From the NCBI GenBank assembly GCA_024275165.1, contig JAJRZQ010000036.1, positions 16,293 through 80,292 on the forward strand: a stretch of DNA of 64,000 bases. The letters are read 5' to 3'. The translations under genes were made by a program, and so were the position numbers. The notes beneath the pieces were generated by a model that was given only the letters and a program-made list of their open reading frames with translations, was not told the origin of the DNA and did not search any database. Below are positions 29,412-38,722 of this stretch, one piece after another. Origin of the DNA: a bacterium (GTDB lineage Bacteria; SAR324; XYD2-FULL-50-16). How positions within the stretch are numbered: position 1 is the stretch's first letter; each line of letters opens with the position of its first letter.

Positions 29412-31037
29412 TTAAAGGGTAAAGGTAAAGGTTTGATAGCCGTTGCTGCCCGCGGCAGCCTGGCCATCGGTGGTCTTTTGCTCTCCATTCACGCTCAAGC
29501 GGACAAAAACCGAATTGGCCTTGCCTGAAGTCAAACCCAAGCCCGTTGCCTTATATTTCCCCTTGCCCAAATCGCTCATGACAGTCCAGGTTGTTTGGTC
29601 CATACTCGCCTCTGCGACAACCTGATTCACTGTTAAGGCGTAGCCGGTTCCACTGTTTAAAACCAAACCAGAAACCAAAGCCGGAACACTCATCATGGAT
29701 TCACCAACGGCGATAAAAAAAGTGGCGCTTTGGGCAGCGGTATCCAAGCTCTCCTTAAACAGGTAGTAGGGGCGGGCTTCCATACCCCCGGCCATGGCCA
29801 TTCGCTGATCCTTGACCCCTTTCAAATCAACGCGAACTCCATCGCCCGTCCCCATCTTCACGCTAGGGAAAAAGGTCACGCTTTCGCTGGCGCTGTTTTG
29901 GGTTATTTTTACCCCTAAAGACCAAATCCCCATCGACATGTTATTTACGCTGCTCGCCATGAGATAATACAAAGCGCAAGTAAAAACAGTTGCCTCACTC
30001 GCGCTTTGGGCGCAGCCTGCTTGGGGTGTCCCATGCGTCATGCTGGGCATACGCATTTTCGGGGTGAGGCTCAAGCTGGGCAGACTCGCCAAGGGCGAGC
30101 CGTTTAAATCCGTCACTTTTAGACTAAATTGAGTCTTGCCTTGCATCGCCTCCTGCGCCCCAGGGATATATTCCACCTTGTAACTCGTTGAATAAAGAAC
30201 CTTGGTAAAGGGTAAACTTCCCAATTTATCGGTGGTGAGACCGCTTTGGTTGCGTGTCGAATCTAAAAACTCCAACATGGACAAGGCAAATTGGTTCGCC
30301 CCATCTTTTGGTAGTTTTTTGGCCCCCAGCATGACGGTGGCGCTGCCGGCCAAGCCGTTGAGGGTTCCATCGGCCAAATCTTGCCCCAAAGCCCGCAACA
30401 TCGCTATCTGCTGGGTCTCGTCTTTGGTTAGCTTAAAGGCCATTTGGCTAAAGGCGGCGGCGCGAAACCCAGCAAGCTTTGCCTCTAAGGTCTCCTTACC
30501 TGTCATGACCTGAGTTACTTCCACCGGCTTTTGGGCCTGTTGGGGCTGAAACCCAAAATGGGTCAAAAAGGCCTGCTCCGCCGCCAACGCGGCTACCTCT
30601 AAGGAGGTCACCCCGCTATGGTATCGGCTCCAATCCTTTGCCGCCCGCTCAATGAGGGTGGTCGCCGGGTCCAAGGTCACCAGAGGGGCCGCCCCCACGA
30701 GAGAGTTCCCGGCAATCACCGCGCTCAGGCCTTCGCTCCCCAAGGTGACTTGCTGGCCTGTCGCCTCGTCTTCATAACTCCCCCCCGAGCTTTGGATCAC
30801 CAAAGTCGATTTAAGGTCATCTGCCTTGAGGGTGAGCTGAAACTCTCCCTTCAGGCTCTGTGTCGTGCCTAAGGATTGACCTGCCGCGTCATAAGCGGTC
30901 ACCTTGGCCCCGTCCAACAACCCCGCCATGAGGGTGCCGTCTAAAACAATGTCATTGCCGATAGTATTGCTTTTACATCCCGCTAAAACCAAAGCGACCC
31001 AAAAGCCGACCTGGATCAAATTGAATCTTTTTTTCAT
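29412..31037 (-). CDS. Met-rich lipoprotein with YtkA/FixH-like domain
   Basis: Lipobox LAGC; AMQGK, LTPKMRMPSMTHGTP, YYLMAS..NMSMGIW, RMAMAGGME, ESMMS. Confidence 0.75.
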   Translation of the reverse strand: MKKRFNLIQVGFWVALVLAGCKSNTIGNDIVLDGTLMAGLLDGAKVTAYDAAGQSLGTTQSLKGEFQLTLKADDLKSTLVIQSSGGSYEDEATGQQVTLGSEGLSAVIAGNSLVGAAPLVTLDPATTLIERAAKDWSRYHSGVTSLEVAALAAEQAFLTHFGFQPQQAQKPVEVTQVMTGKETLEAKLAGFRAAAFSQMAFKLTKDETQQIAMLRALGQDLADGTLNGLAGSATVMLGAKKLPKDGANQFALSMLEFLDSTRNQSGLTTDKLGSLPFTKVLYSTSYKVEYIPGAQEAMQGKTQFSLKVTDLNGSPLASLPSLSLTPKMRMPSMTHGTPQAGCAQSASEATVFTCALYYLMASSVNNMSMGIWSLGVKITQNSASESVTFFPSVKMGTGDGVRVDLKGVKDQRMAMAGGMEARPYYLFKESLDTAAQSATFFIAVGESMMSVPALVSGLVLNSGTGYALTVNQVVAEASMDQTTWTVMSDLGKGKYKATGLGLTSGKANSVFVRLSVNGEQKTTDGQAAAGSNGYQTFTFTL

Positions 31038-31138
31038 GAGAGTCTCCATTTTTAAAGCAGAGGTCTTTGCATAAAAACCTAAAGTAAACTGCCTTTAAAT
31101 TTAGTTAAAAAATCAACTTATCAATTGAAAAACAAAGG

Positions 31139-31274
31139 GGTATGCCCACAAGCAATCCGCCCCAGGCAGGATGCGCCTAGAGGCGGATGCTTGCATGCTT
31201 TCCCTTCCGTTGAGACCTAAACCCCTACGCTCTTTGGCCAAACAAAACTCAGCCAGAACAGGGTAAGGCATACC
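31139..31274 (-). ncRNA. Putative cis-acting multi-stem RNA
   Basis: Closing stem GGTATGCC/GGCATACC encloses two long hairpins; several pairs are G-U only on the minus (mRNA) strand. Confidence 0.55.
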
Positions 31275-31288
31275 TTAAAAAAGAAATT

Positions 31289-31708
31289 TTAAACTAAAGG
31301 CGGGCCCCGAGGTGGGGAATGGACTTGAAAAGAAGTAGGAATGACCTGTAAGACACCTGACGGAATCTTCCAGGCTAAGCAAACCATTGGCAAAAGGAGC
31401 GTGCTGCTCGCGAGCGGACCACCTGTAGCCGCGTGACAATATTTACAGTGATCCGAGCCCTGCCCCCCCTTTGGAGGCGCAGGGCTGGAAGAAGGATTTG
31501 TGGAAGCTCCCCCCGACTTGGCCCTAGAGACCGTCCCCGCATGGTCGTGGTGATGCGCCCCTCCCGCAGCAGAGGCAACTTGACTCAACAAAGCCTTGCC
31601 GGCCTTGAAGGTGGCGCAATGCGAGGCGCTCCATCCTAAGCTGACGGTTAAAGCGACCGCGCTCAAGAGGCTGACCAATCGAATCAAAATGGGTTTGGTT
31701 TCGTTCAT
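31289..31708 (-). CDS. DUF2946-like (CruR/CutF-type) regulatory leader protein
   Basis: Signal peptide, HHHDH, DHCKYCH, ends in SPPRGPPLV*. Confidence 0.8.
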   Translation of the reverse strand: MNETKPILIRLVSLLSAVALTVSLGWSASHCATFKAGKALLSQVASAAGGAHHHDHAGTVSRAKSGGASTNPSSSPAPPKGGQGSDHCKYCHAATGGPLASSTLLLPMVCLAWKIPSGVLQVIPTSFQVHSPPRGPPLV

Positions 31709-31783
31709 AGAGGCACCAAGAAGGATGCTTCCAGACTACGCACCCTCTTCTCTGCCGAACAAGTAAAAAACTGTAACAAAGTA

Positions 31784-32323
31784 TCAACGAAGGAGGGGAT
31801 TTAAAGCCTGTCGTAAACTTTCCTTTAATCCAGGGTCAAACCCGGCGTGACGGTAGACCTCCTGCCCTTGGGCATTGTAAAGGAGCAGGTAGGGTAGGCC
31901 GGAAACGAGAAAACGATCATAGGCCTCAGCTACATTGGGGATAAAGATGGGCAACAAAATCCCCGTGACTCGCAAAAAAGCGGGGATGCGGGTTCGCAGT
32001 TCCTCCTCATCGAGATTCACATAGAAAAATTTGACCCCTTGAGGCTGGTACTGTTCCTTTAATTCATTCAAAATAGGCGCCTCTAATCGGCAAGGGTAGC
32101 AGGTGACGGAAAAAAAAGCCAAGACCAAGGGCTGCCCCCCCTGCAAAGACTTTAAATCTATTTGCTTTGCGGAAGAAAACAACCTCCCTTGAATCGCGGG
32201 AATCGTCGACTCACCCAGGGCAAGCACAGGCAAAGCCGATAAAAAAAACAAAACAAAAAAAACGCTCCAGCGATAAAACCTCTGCCCCGCCGGAGGGGTC
32301 TTTAACCAGGTTGGATATTTCAA
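31784..32323 (-). CDS. TlpA/ResA thiol-disulfide oxidoreductase
   Basis: TM anchor; LAFFSVTCYPCRLEAP; GLP. Confidence 0.88.
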   Translation of the reverse strand: MKYPTWLKTPPAGQRFYRWSVFFVLFFLSALPVLALGESTIPAIQGRLFSSAKQIDLKSLQGGQPLVLAFFSVTCYPCRLEAPILNELKEQYQPQGVKFFYVNLDEEELRTRIPAFLRVTGILLPIFIPNVAEAYDRFLVSGLPYLLLYNAQGQEVYRHAGFDPGLKESLRQALNPLLR

Positions 32324-34452
32324 CGGTAACTCTCGATCAGCAGGTCAAGCACCTTGCGGCGCGCGCGCTGGTTGTTGTTGAGCATGATCACAAAGGGCTT
32401 CCATTGATCCTCATCCGTATAGATATAGCCCGCGAGGTTGGAAACTCGGTCCAAAGTGCCGGACTTTGCCAAGATACGCGATGTCTTGCTGGCCTCGGCC
32501 AAATCACTAAAATGCGAACGCTTGAGTTAAGGCAAGAGATGCTTGTAAGGCTTAAAGTAATCCAAAAGCTGGGTCATCCCTTTTAGGGTCATGCGATTTT
32601 TCCTAGAAAGACCGCTCCCCTCCACCAACGCCACCTCTTTCGGGCTTAAGCCCACCTCCTTTTGTAAAAAGTTTCTCAAAAGATAAACCCCGTCCTCAAT
32701 TTTCGCGGGGCTGCCGAACTTCTTTAAAGCCATGTCCAACACCAGTTGATTGGCAATGAAGTTGCTCGATTCGGCCAGCATGACGCGGATCACCTCCTCT
32801 AAGAAGGCAGAAGAAGAATAGCGTAAAATCGGGGTCGCTGTCGGTGCCTGGCCAATACGCGGTTCTTGGGCAAGCCGCATCCCCTTTTGTTTAAAAATAG
32901 CCTCGGCCAGTTCCAAGGTGTATTGGGTTCCCTCACGGGCATTGCGCGCCACCGCAAAATGATGCATTGCCGGAGGGAAGGAGCGCGCCCTTTTTTCCGC
33001 CTTATGGGTGAGGGGGGTATTCGCCTCTAAGCTGCGAACCCGCCGACCGGGCAGCACTTCAACCCGAGCCGTGTTTTGGTTCACCGCCAAAGCACCAATG
33101 GGGGCATCCCACACCTGTACGCTCACCACCCTCCCGTCAAAATCAGGGCGAATCTCAAAGGCGGTGTCATCGGCCACCAAGCCCCGCAAGGGGTGGGTAA
33201 AAACCCCGAGGGATTTTAATTGATCCCCTAAAGCATGCAGATCCCGACTGGAAAAGGAAGGGTCGCCAAAGCCCTTTAAGTAAAGCGTGCCCCCCTCAAA
33301 ATACACCTCAGTGCGAAAGCGGTGCTTTTTCCCTAAAATATATAAGGCCGCGGCAGCGGTGGCCACCTTGGTCAAGCTGGCGGGGATATAATTCCCCTCT
33401 TGATAAAGCAGGTCAGGGCGTTGTACTTCCCCCACCATGACCCCGCCGCTCTCAAAAAGGTTTTTCAAACGGGCTTCTAAGCGCTCCTTGCCTTTTGCCT
33501 CACGGATCAACAGGGTCACCGTTGCCACGGCAGAAGGACTATAGGGGTCGCGCGCGAGAAAGTGAAAGCTATCCTTCCCCTTAAACCCGGGGTTGGGTTG
33601 ATAGACCAAGGCCCCCTCTCGCGAGATCAACTGCCCAAAACGAGGCTGACTCAAAAGCTCATAGGTTAAGGGGTCTTTTTCCGCGTCCGTTGCCTTTAAG
33701 TGAAACGAGATCGCTTGATCCTTCTCACTTTGCAGGTGGATGTCCTTTACCATGGGGGCTTGATTTTTTTCACCGACACGAATTTCGATGCGCCCCACCT
33801 CCCCTTGAGAAAAGGTATCTTCCCCGGCAAAAACAATCCAATCTGTTCCCGTATAACCCGGTGCGGGCAGGTATTCCAAGTAGGGAGGCTCCCCCTTGAG
33901 CTCACCGTGCCCCGGCGCCTGCAAGATCCGGTAGGTAATGAAGTCTCCATCTGCGTCAATCGCTTGCAGCTTAATCGCCGCGCTTTTGTTTTTTTCTACC
34001 CTGACGCGATAACTTTTCGCCCGTGGAGCATCGTTTTTCCCCTTGACCTCCAACTCCACCCAACCCGCTGAGCTTTCCGACTCGCCATGGCGCACCGTAA
34101 ACTCAAAATGGTCTTTGCCAAAAAAATCGGGCTCTGGAATATAGGTTACCTTGGGAGGGGCCCCCTGCAAGCGCCCCTGTTGCGGTGGACGAGAAATATG
34201 AATAAAGTCTTCTGCTTGCATGCCTTTGGCTCGCAGCACAATATCAAGCTTCGATTCCTCCTCCAAAACCAGTTTTTGGCTGACGGGGCTAGCGCCGTTT
34301 GGAGAAAGAATAAAAAAAACCAAACCCACCGTCAGGGCAACACCAACAACCAGCGCCCCCGCGCCTGCAACGGCTTGAAGCGAAGAGGGCGACGGCAACC
34401 GTTTATTTTTAAACGGGGTTAAAAACTTCAACAGGGTAGACAAATTCACCAT
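32320..34452 (-). pseudogene. dacB: D-Ala-D-Ala carboxypeptidase/endopeptidase (peptidase S13) fused to three Ig-like repeats; in-frame TAA at 32527-32529
   Basis: PASLTK, LKGFGDP, ESSNF, EGSGLSRKN. The frame continues after the stop as LKRSHFSDLAEASKTSRILAKSGTL. Confidence 0.85.
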
Positions 34453-34464
34453 GGAGCAAAAACC

Positions 34465-35067
34465 TTAAAAATTAAAATCCCAATTCTGCACATAGGCGAT
34501 TTGCGCCTTGTTCAAGGGGCTGTTGTTAAATCCGCCGGATTGATGCAAGCGCCAAGTATATTCAATCGAGCCTAAACGCCCGATGCCGAAACCGGCAAAA
34601 AAATGCAAGAACAAGCCCTCTCCTTGATAATAGGTGCCCTGCTTTACCTCGGACAACTGTCCCGGGTCATCTCTACTGATAAAGGCGCGATAGTAGCCGA
34701 GACGGCTTCCCCACCTCAACCAAAGTTTATCCCAAATCGGCAATTTTTGGGAAAGGTTTGCCTTATTTCCCCAAAAAGACTCAAAAGCCGCCCCAAACCC
34801 GTCCATGTAGTAAAAAGTCTTATTCGAGGTAGATTGCGTTCGATGGTAATAGGCTCCATAGGAGTAGCCTTCTGCTTGTTCTTCCAACAAAGTGGCTTGC
34901 AATCCGTAGGCCTGTTTATCCGAAAAACCGCTATCGACCTCTGAAAGTCCATAGTTTTTATAGGTTGCCGTTACGCCTGCCTGCAACACATAGTTTTTTG
35001 ACCCCCCATGGGCCGCCGGCAAAAAACCCAAAAAAGAAAGGAAAAAAAACAAAAGAATGCGCTTCAT
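34465..35067 (-). CDS. Small outer-membrane beta-barrel protein
   Basis: Signal peptide (AHG), aromatic-rich strands, terminal WDFNF. Confidence 0.65.
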   Translation of the reverse strand: MKRILLFFFLSFLGFLPAAHGGSKNYVLQAGVTATYKNYGLSEVDSGFSDKQAYGLQATLLEEQAEGYSYGAYYHRTQSTSNKTFYYMDGFGAAFESFWGNKANLSQKLPIWDKLWLRWGSRLGYYRAFISRDDPGQLSEVKQGTYYQGEGLFLHFFAGFGIGRLGSIEYTWRLHQSGGFNNSPLNKAQIAYVQNWDFNF

Positions 35068-35130
35068 TGATTTGAATTTGCTTAAATTTTTATTTTCTCG
35101 TGCTTGGTTCACTGTGTCAATGCCAATTCC

Positions 35131-35159
35131 TTGACTTTGCGGGGCGCCTGCCGCAAAAT
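35131..35159 (+). promoter_or_regulatory. Sigma70-like promoter with a dyad in the spacer
   Basis: TTGACT-17-CAAAAT; TTTGCGG-N8-CCGCAAA at 35136-35157. Confidence 0.45.
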
Positions 35160-35192
35160 ATGCCGTATTGCAAATTTTTCCCCTAATAGGCC

Positions 35193-35405
35193 ATGCAGGA
35201 TACCATTCAATATCTCGCCCATCTTCCCGGACTCACCGCTTTCTTGCTCCTCTTTTCTTGCGTTTTAATCGGCATGGATTTGCGTAAATTATATCGGTAC
35301 GCCACCATGACCGAAAAACCGAAAAACTTTCGCTTTCGCTATATTCTACCGGGAATCACAATTTTTACCTTGGGTTTTATGCTGCTCCGGGTAGCGAGCG
35401 AATAG
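35193..35405 (+). CDS. Small two-TM membrane protein
   Basis: 70 aa with two hydrophobic segments. Confidence 0.6.
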   Translation: MQDTIQYLAHLPGLTAFLLLFSCVLIGMDLRKLYRYATMTEKPKNFRFRYILPGITIFTLGFMLLRVASE

Positions 35406-35707
35406 GCAAACCATCCAATCGCTCCCTTAAAAAAGGGTTCCACTGCCCCCTCCAAAAAAAAAGTAGAACCCACCCCCTCGACTCCCCCCAAAGCCCGCAT
35501 TCTGCGATATAGTATAATTTATTGTTTTTTAAATATAATTTAGCTCTTTAGAAGCGCCTTCACTAAGGTCGCAATTCCTTCTTGCTCGTCCTTTAGTCCT
35601 TTTGATTGAAGAAGAAGGTTGCTTTTATATTTTATTTTATATAATTTGTAGAAAATTATCCTCTAAGGAGCCGCAGAGCCGCCGTTTCTCTAATCCTAAA
35701 AAATCTT

Positions 35708-36430
35708 ATGGATATTGTTCGCCTACAAAAAAATGTCGCCTTCTTAATTGATGGCGCCTTTTTCATCCAACGCTTCAAGCTGATCTTTGGTCCTGACAAG
35801 TCCCCTAAAGAAATCGCCGATAAATTAGAAGAAATGGTGCGCTTTCACCTTTCTGGGGATAATCTATACCGGATTTTTTATTACGATTGCTACCCCTACG
35901 ACAAAAAGGAAACCCACCCGCTCACCAACAAAATTTTGGACTTTGCAAGCACGAAAAAAACTCAGGAACACTTAGCCCTGTTCGAGGAACTAAAAAGCCG
36001 CAGAAAAGTGGCATTACGCCTAAGCGAGGCCCCATCGACAGGAAATTGGCTCATCAACCCTCAACAAACCCAAGCCTTGCTTCAAGGTACAATCACCGCA
36101 AAAAGCCTAAAGCCCGATGAAGTCCATTTTAGTCTTGCCCAAAAGGGGGTATAAATGAAGATCGGGGTAGATATCGCCACCCTCAGCCTAAAAAAACAGG
36201 TCGATAAAGTGATTTTACTTGCCGGGGATTCCGACTTTGTCCCCGCTGCTAAACTGGCTCGCTACGAGGGGGTGGATTTTGTTTTAGACCCCATGTGGAG
36301 CCCGATTCAAGATAGCCTATGCGAGCATATTGATGGGCTGAAATCCGTTTGCCCTCGGCCAGATCGCCATAACGAACAAGGCGCAAAACAAGAATTTGCC
36401 CCCCATGACAGGCCCCCCGAAGACCCATAA
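35708..36430 (+). pseudogene. NYN (LabA/DUF88) domain nuclease split by an in-frame TAA at 36152-36154
   Basis: FLIDGAFF, RIFYYDC, QKGV*MKIGVDIA, LAGDSDFVPAAKLARYEG, EHIDG. Confidence 0.88.
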
Positions 36431-36534
36431 CCCAAAAACAACAAGATTTAGCCCCCGACTTAAAGCCTTCCTCTCCACTTTATCACAACAAAAAAAAAGT
36501 AGGGTGGGCTTTGTTGACCTCTCCAAGCGGTAAA

Positions 36535-37134
36535 TCAACCCCTCTCCCCTTTTAAGCCAATAAAAAGAATGACAATCAATTCATTCGCATCCGATAAAAG
36601 CTTATCTAATGGAGGGGCCCCCTGGATCAGGCTATGGGGCAATAAAAACATCTGTAGGGCCTGAAAAGACAACTCCGCCTGCCTTGTCACCGAACCGGAA
36701 CGGATCAACCCGGCGGCTTGGGCTTGGGCGAGAATCTCGATCAGGCAATCCTTTTTTAATTGAATATGCCGTAAGGGGAGCTCCCTCCTCTTTGCGGAAA
36801 TAAATTCAATGAGTTCATAAAGATGGAGTTGATTGGTAAAAATCGAATAATTGTAAGAAAGGATATTGCGCACAAAGGCAGACATCTTTTCCACTGGTGA
36901 GGCATTGCTGGCCAAAACCTGTAAGATAATTCTCTGGATGTGGCCCATGTATTTTTCAACCACCGCCTCCCCAATTTCTTCTTTATTTTCAAAAAAACGG
37001 TAGAGGTTTGCGGGCGACATATCACAGTCATCCGCAATTTCCGTTACATTGGTTTTTTTAAAACCGTAACGAATAAATCTCGTTTGCGCAGAGGCCAGAA
37101 TTTTTTCTTTGATTTTGTGTCGATCCGGAGACAT
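36535..37134 (-). CDS. TetR family transcriptional regulator
   Basis: FIRYGFKKTNVTEIADDCDMSPANLYRFFENKEEI. Confidence 0.93.
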   Translation of the reverse strand: MSPDRHKIKEKILASAQTRFIRYGFKKTNVTEIADDCDMSPANLYRFFENKEEIGEAVVEKYMGHIQRIILQVLASNASPVEKMSAFVRNILSYNYSIFTNQLHLYELIEFISAKRRELPLRHIQLKKDCLIEILAQAQAAGLIRSGSVTRQAELSFQALQMFLLPHSLIQGAPPLDKLLSDANELIVILFIGLKGERG

Positions 37135-37455
37135 GGTAGCCTGTCCTTGATGCAATTGCAGATTACTGCTGCTCAATGAGGATTTAGCGAACAATTCTAA
37201 CGGTTGGTACGAAGGTTCTATACCAAGACACTATGGCGCCCTCTAAGTAGATAGAGAGAATTCCCTTCCTTTGATCCCTGGATCAATAGCCTAGTGGATT
37301 TGCGATAAAATATTTACATAATTTTTATGAATGGTCGAGAAAAAAAATTATTTTTTTTCCAACTTCTAGACCGATGGGCTCCTTCCTTATTCCACGCCAA
37401 CCGCAACACCCCCTCTTTGTAAAAAATCGAGTCCCTCAAAAGCAGGGGGGCATGC

Positions 37456-37489
37456 AAAAAAAAAGCGGCCCTTGCAGGCCGCTTCTTTT
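37456..37489 (-). terminator. Rho-independent terminator
   Basis: A9-GCGGCC-cttgca-GGCCGC-TTCTTTT, just after the stop at 37510. Confidence 0.75.
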
Positions 37490-37509
37490 ATTCTTCGCCA
37501 GAGAAGGAT

Positions 37510-38469
37510 TTATTCAAGGAGTTGAGCCTTGTACTCTTCTAATTCAGCACGATAGGTTTTATCGAGTTTCAGTTTTTTATAAACGCGAAACAGATAAGGA
37601 GCCATTTCGATTTCATCGGGGTTATCCTTTAAGTATTGGCGATACTTTTCCATCGCGGCTACATAGAGCTGCTGATCTTCAAAGTAGTTCCCCAACATAA
37701 AGGCGTTATCGGGATATTCTTTCTGCAAAGCCGATACGGAATCGCTCAGCTTTTTTTGCTCACTCCCTTCAAGCCAGGTAATGGTGCGGGGCTCAATTTT
37801 GCCTTTGCGTTTATTGGGCTTCATGGAAACCGCTTTTTTGCCGTTTTTGTAAGCCTCAATGCTGTAGACAACCGTTCCCTTTACGGGCTGAATCTTAGCG
37901 CGAACAATCGCGTTTTTAGTGGCAGGAACCTTATAAACCTTCTTGCCGACGGTCAACTTATAGCTGTATTGCTTGCCTAAGTTTTCCCAAACCACGAAGG
38001 GATAATCGGAGTAAACAACCAATTCACGCACTGCGTCGATTTGCGTTTTTTTCTTCGATTGGCTTCTACGCACCGTGGTAAAAGACTGAGATTTATCAAA
38101 ACGCTTCATTAAGCTTACGGCAAGCTGGTTACTGGTTGCTGCTTTTTTCAGCTTCCCCTTCACCGCATGAATGCCTTTAGCGGTCACTTTAATTTCAGAG
38201 TTTGGCCCCATCATAAAGTTTTCGCCCGTAAGTTTATTGGTAATGCGGCCTTCGCCATATTTACCGGTGCGGATCGTGTAGCCGACAAACAAAAACTTGT
38301 TGCGCCGTACCTTTTTCCACTTGTGGTTTTTCTTGGAGTACTCCGTGGCCCCCTTGACTTGGCTGATCACGGCTACAGGGTCCTTAGACCCCGCATAGGC
38401 GACAGCACCGAATAGGAAGAAAAAAATACTTCCTAAGGCTATCAATTTTTGAACTGCTTTCATGGTCAT
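37510..38469 (-). CDS. Secreted Lys-rich protein, FecR-like N-terminus and TPR-like C-terminus
   Basis: Signal peptide; VAVISQVKG...W...IRTG...MGPNSEI; C-terminal helical repeat. Confidence 0.65.
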   Translation of the reverse strand: MTMKAVQKLIALGSIFFFLFGAVAYAGSKDPVAVISQVKGATEYSKKNHKWKKVRRNKFLFVGYTIRTGKYGEGRITNKLTGENFMMGPNSEIKVTAKGIHAVKGKLKKAATSNQLAVSLMKRFDKSQSFTTVRRSQSKKKTQIDAVRELVVYSDYPFVVWENLGKQYSYKLTVGKKVYKVPATKNAIVRAKIQPVKGTVVYSIEAYKNGKKAVSMKPNKRKGKIEPRTITWLEGSEQKKLSDSVSALQKEYPDNAFMLGNYFEDQQLYVAAMEKYRQYLKDNPDEIEMAPYLFRVYKKLKLDKTYRAELEEYKAQLLE

Positions 38470-38536
38470 CCCCTTTTGCAGGTTCTAAACGAGCTTGTAG
38501 ACCGGAAGGGTCTCTTTGCCTCTTATTTATAGTTAA

Positions 38537-38565
38537 ATTATAAGGTATCTCTTTTTATCATGCAA
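38537..38565 (-). promoter_or_regulatory. Sigma70 promoter
   Basis: TTGCAT-17-TATAAT on the minus strand. Confidence 0.6.
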
Positions 38566-38722
38566 GTAATCCTTCAATTTTTTTTAGGGTATTTACCCTA
38601 TTTTTAGGCAAAGTCAAGCAGAGAACGCTCTGATTCAAGCCACCCTTTCCCCTTGCCAAAGCCTACGCCCCACTTATAAGTTTAACCTTAAAGGAAAAAC
38701 CGCTCACTGAACAAAAATAGAT

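Noticed and set aside
31139..31274. Cobalamin riboswitch or tRNA
   Set aside because: Lacks the B12 box and GCCACUG elements; no T-loop or cloverleaf
31289..31708. c-type cytochrome from the CKYCH motif
   Set aside because: The surrounding sequence is low-complexity and ends in RGPP, which fits a DUF2946 leader better; heme attachment is not fully excluded
5140..36154. Stop-codon reassignment or selenocysteine
   Set aside because: The internal stops are of two types. TAA and TGA end many normal genes here, and the TGA is in a coiled-coil linker rather than at a Cys-equivalent position
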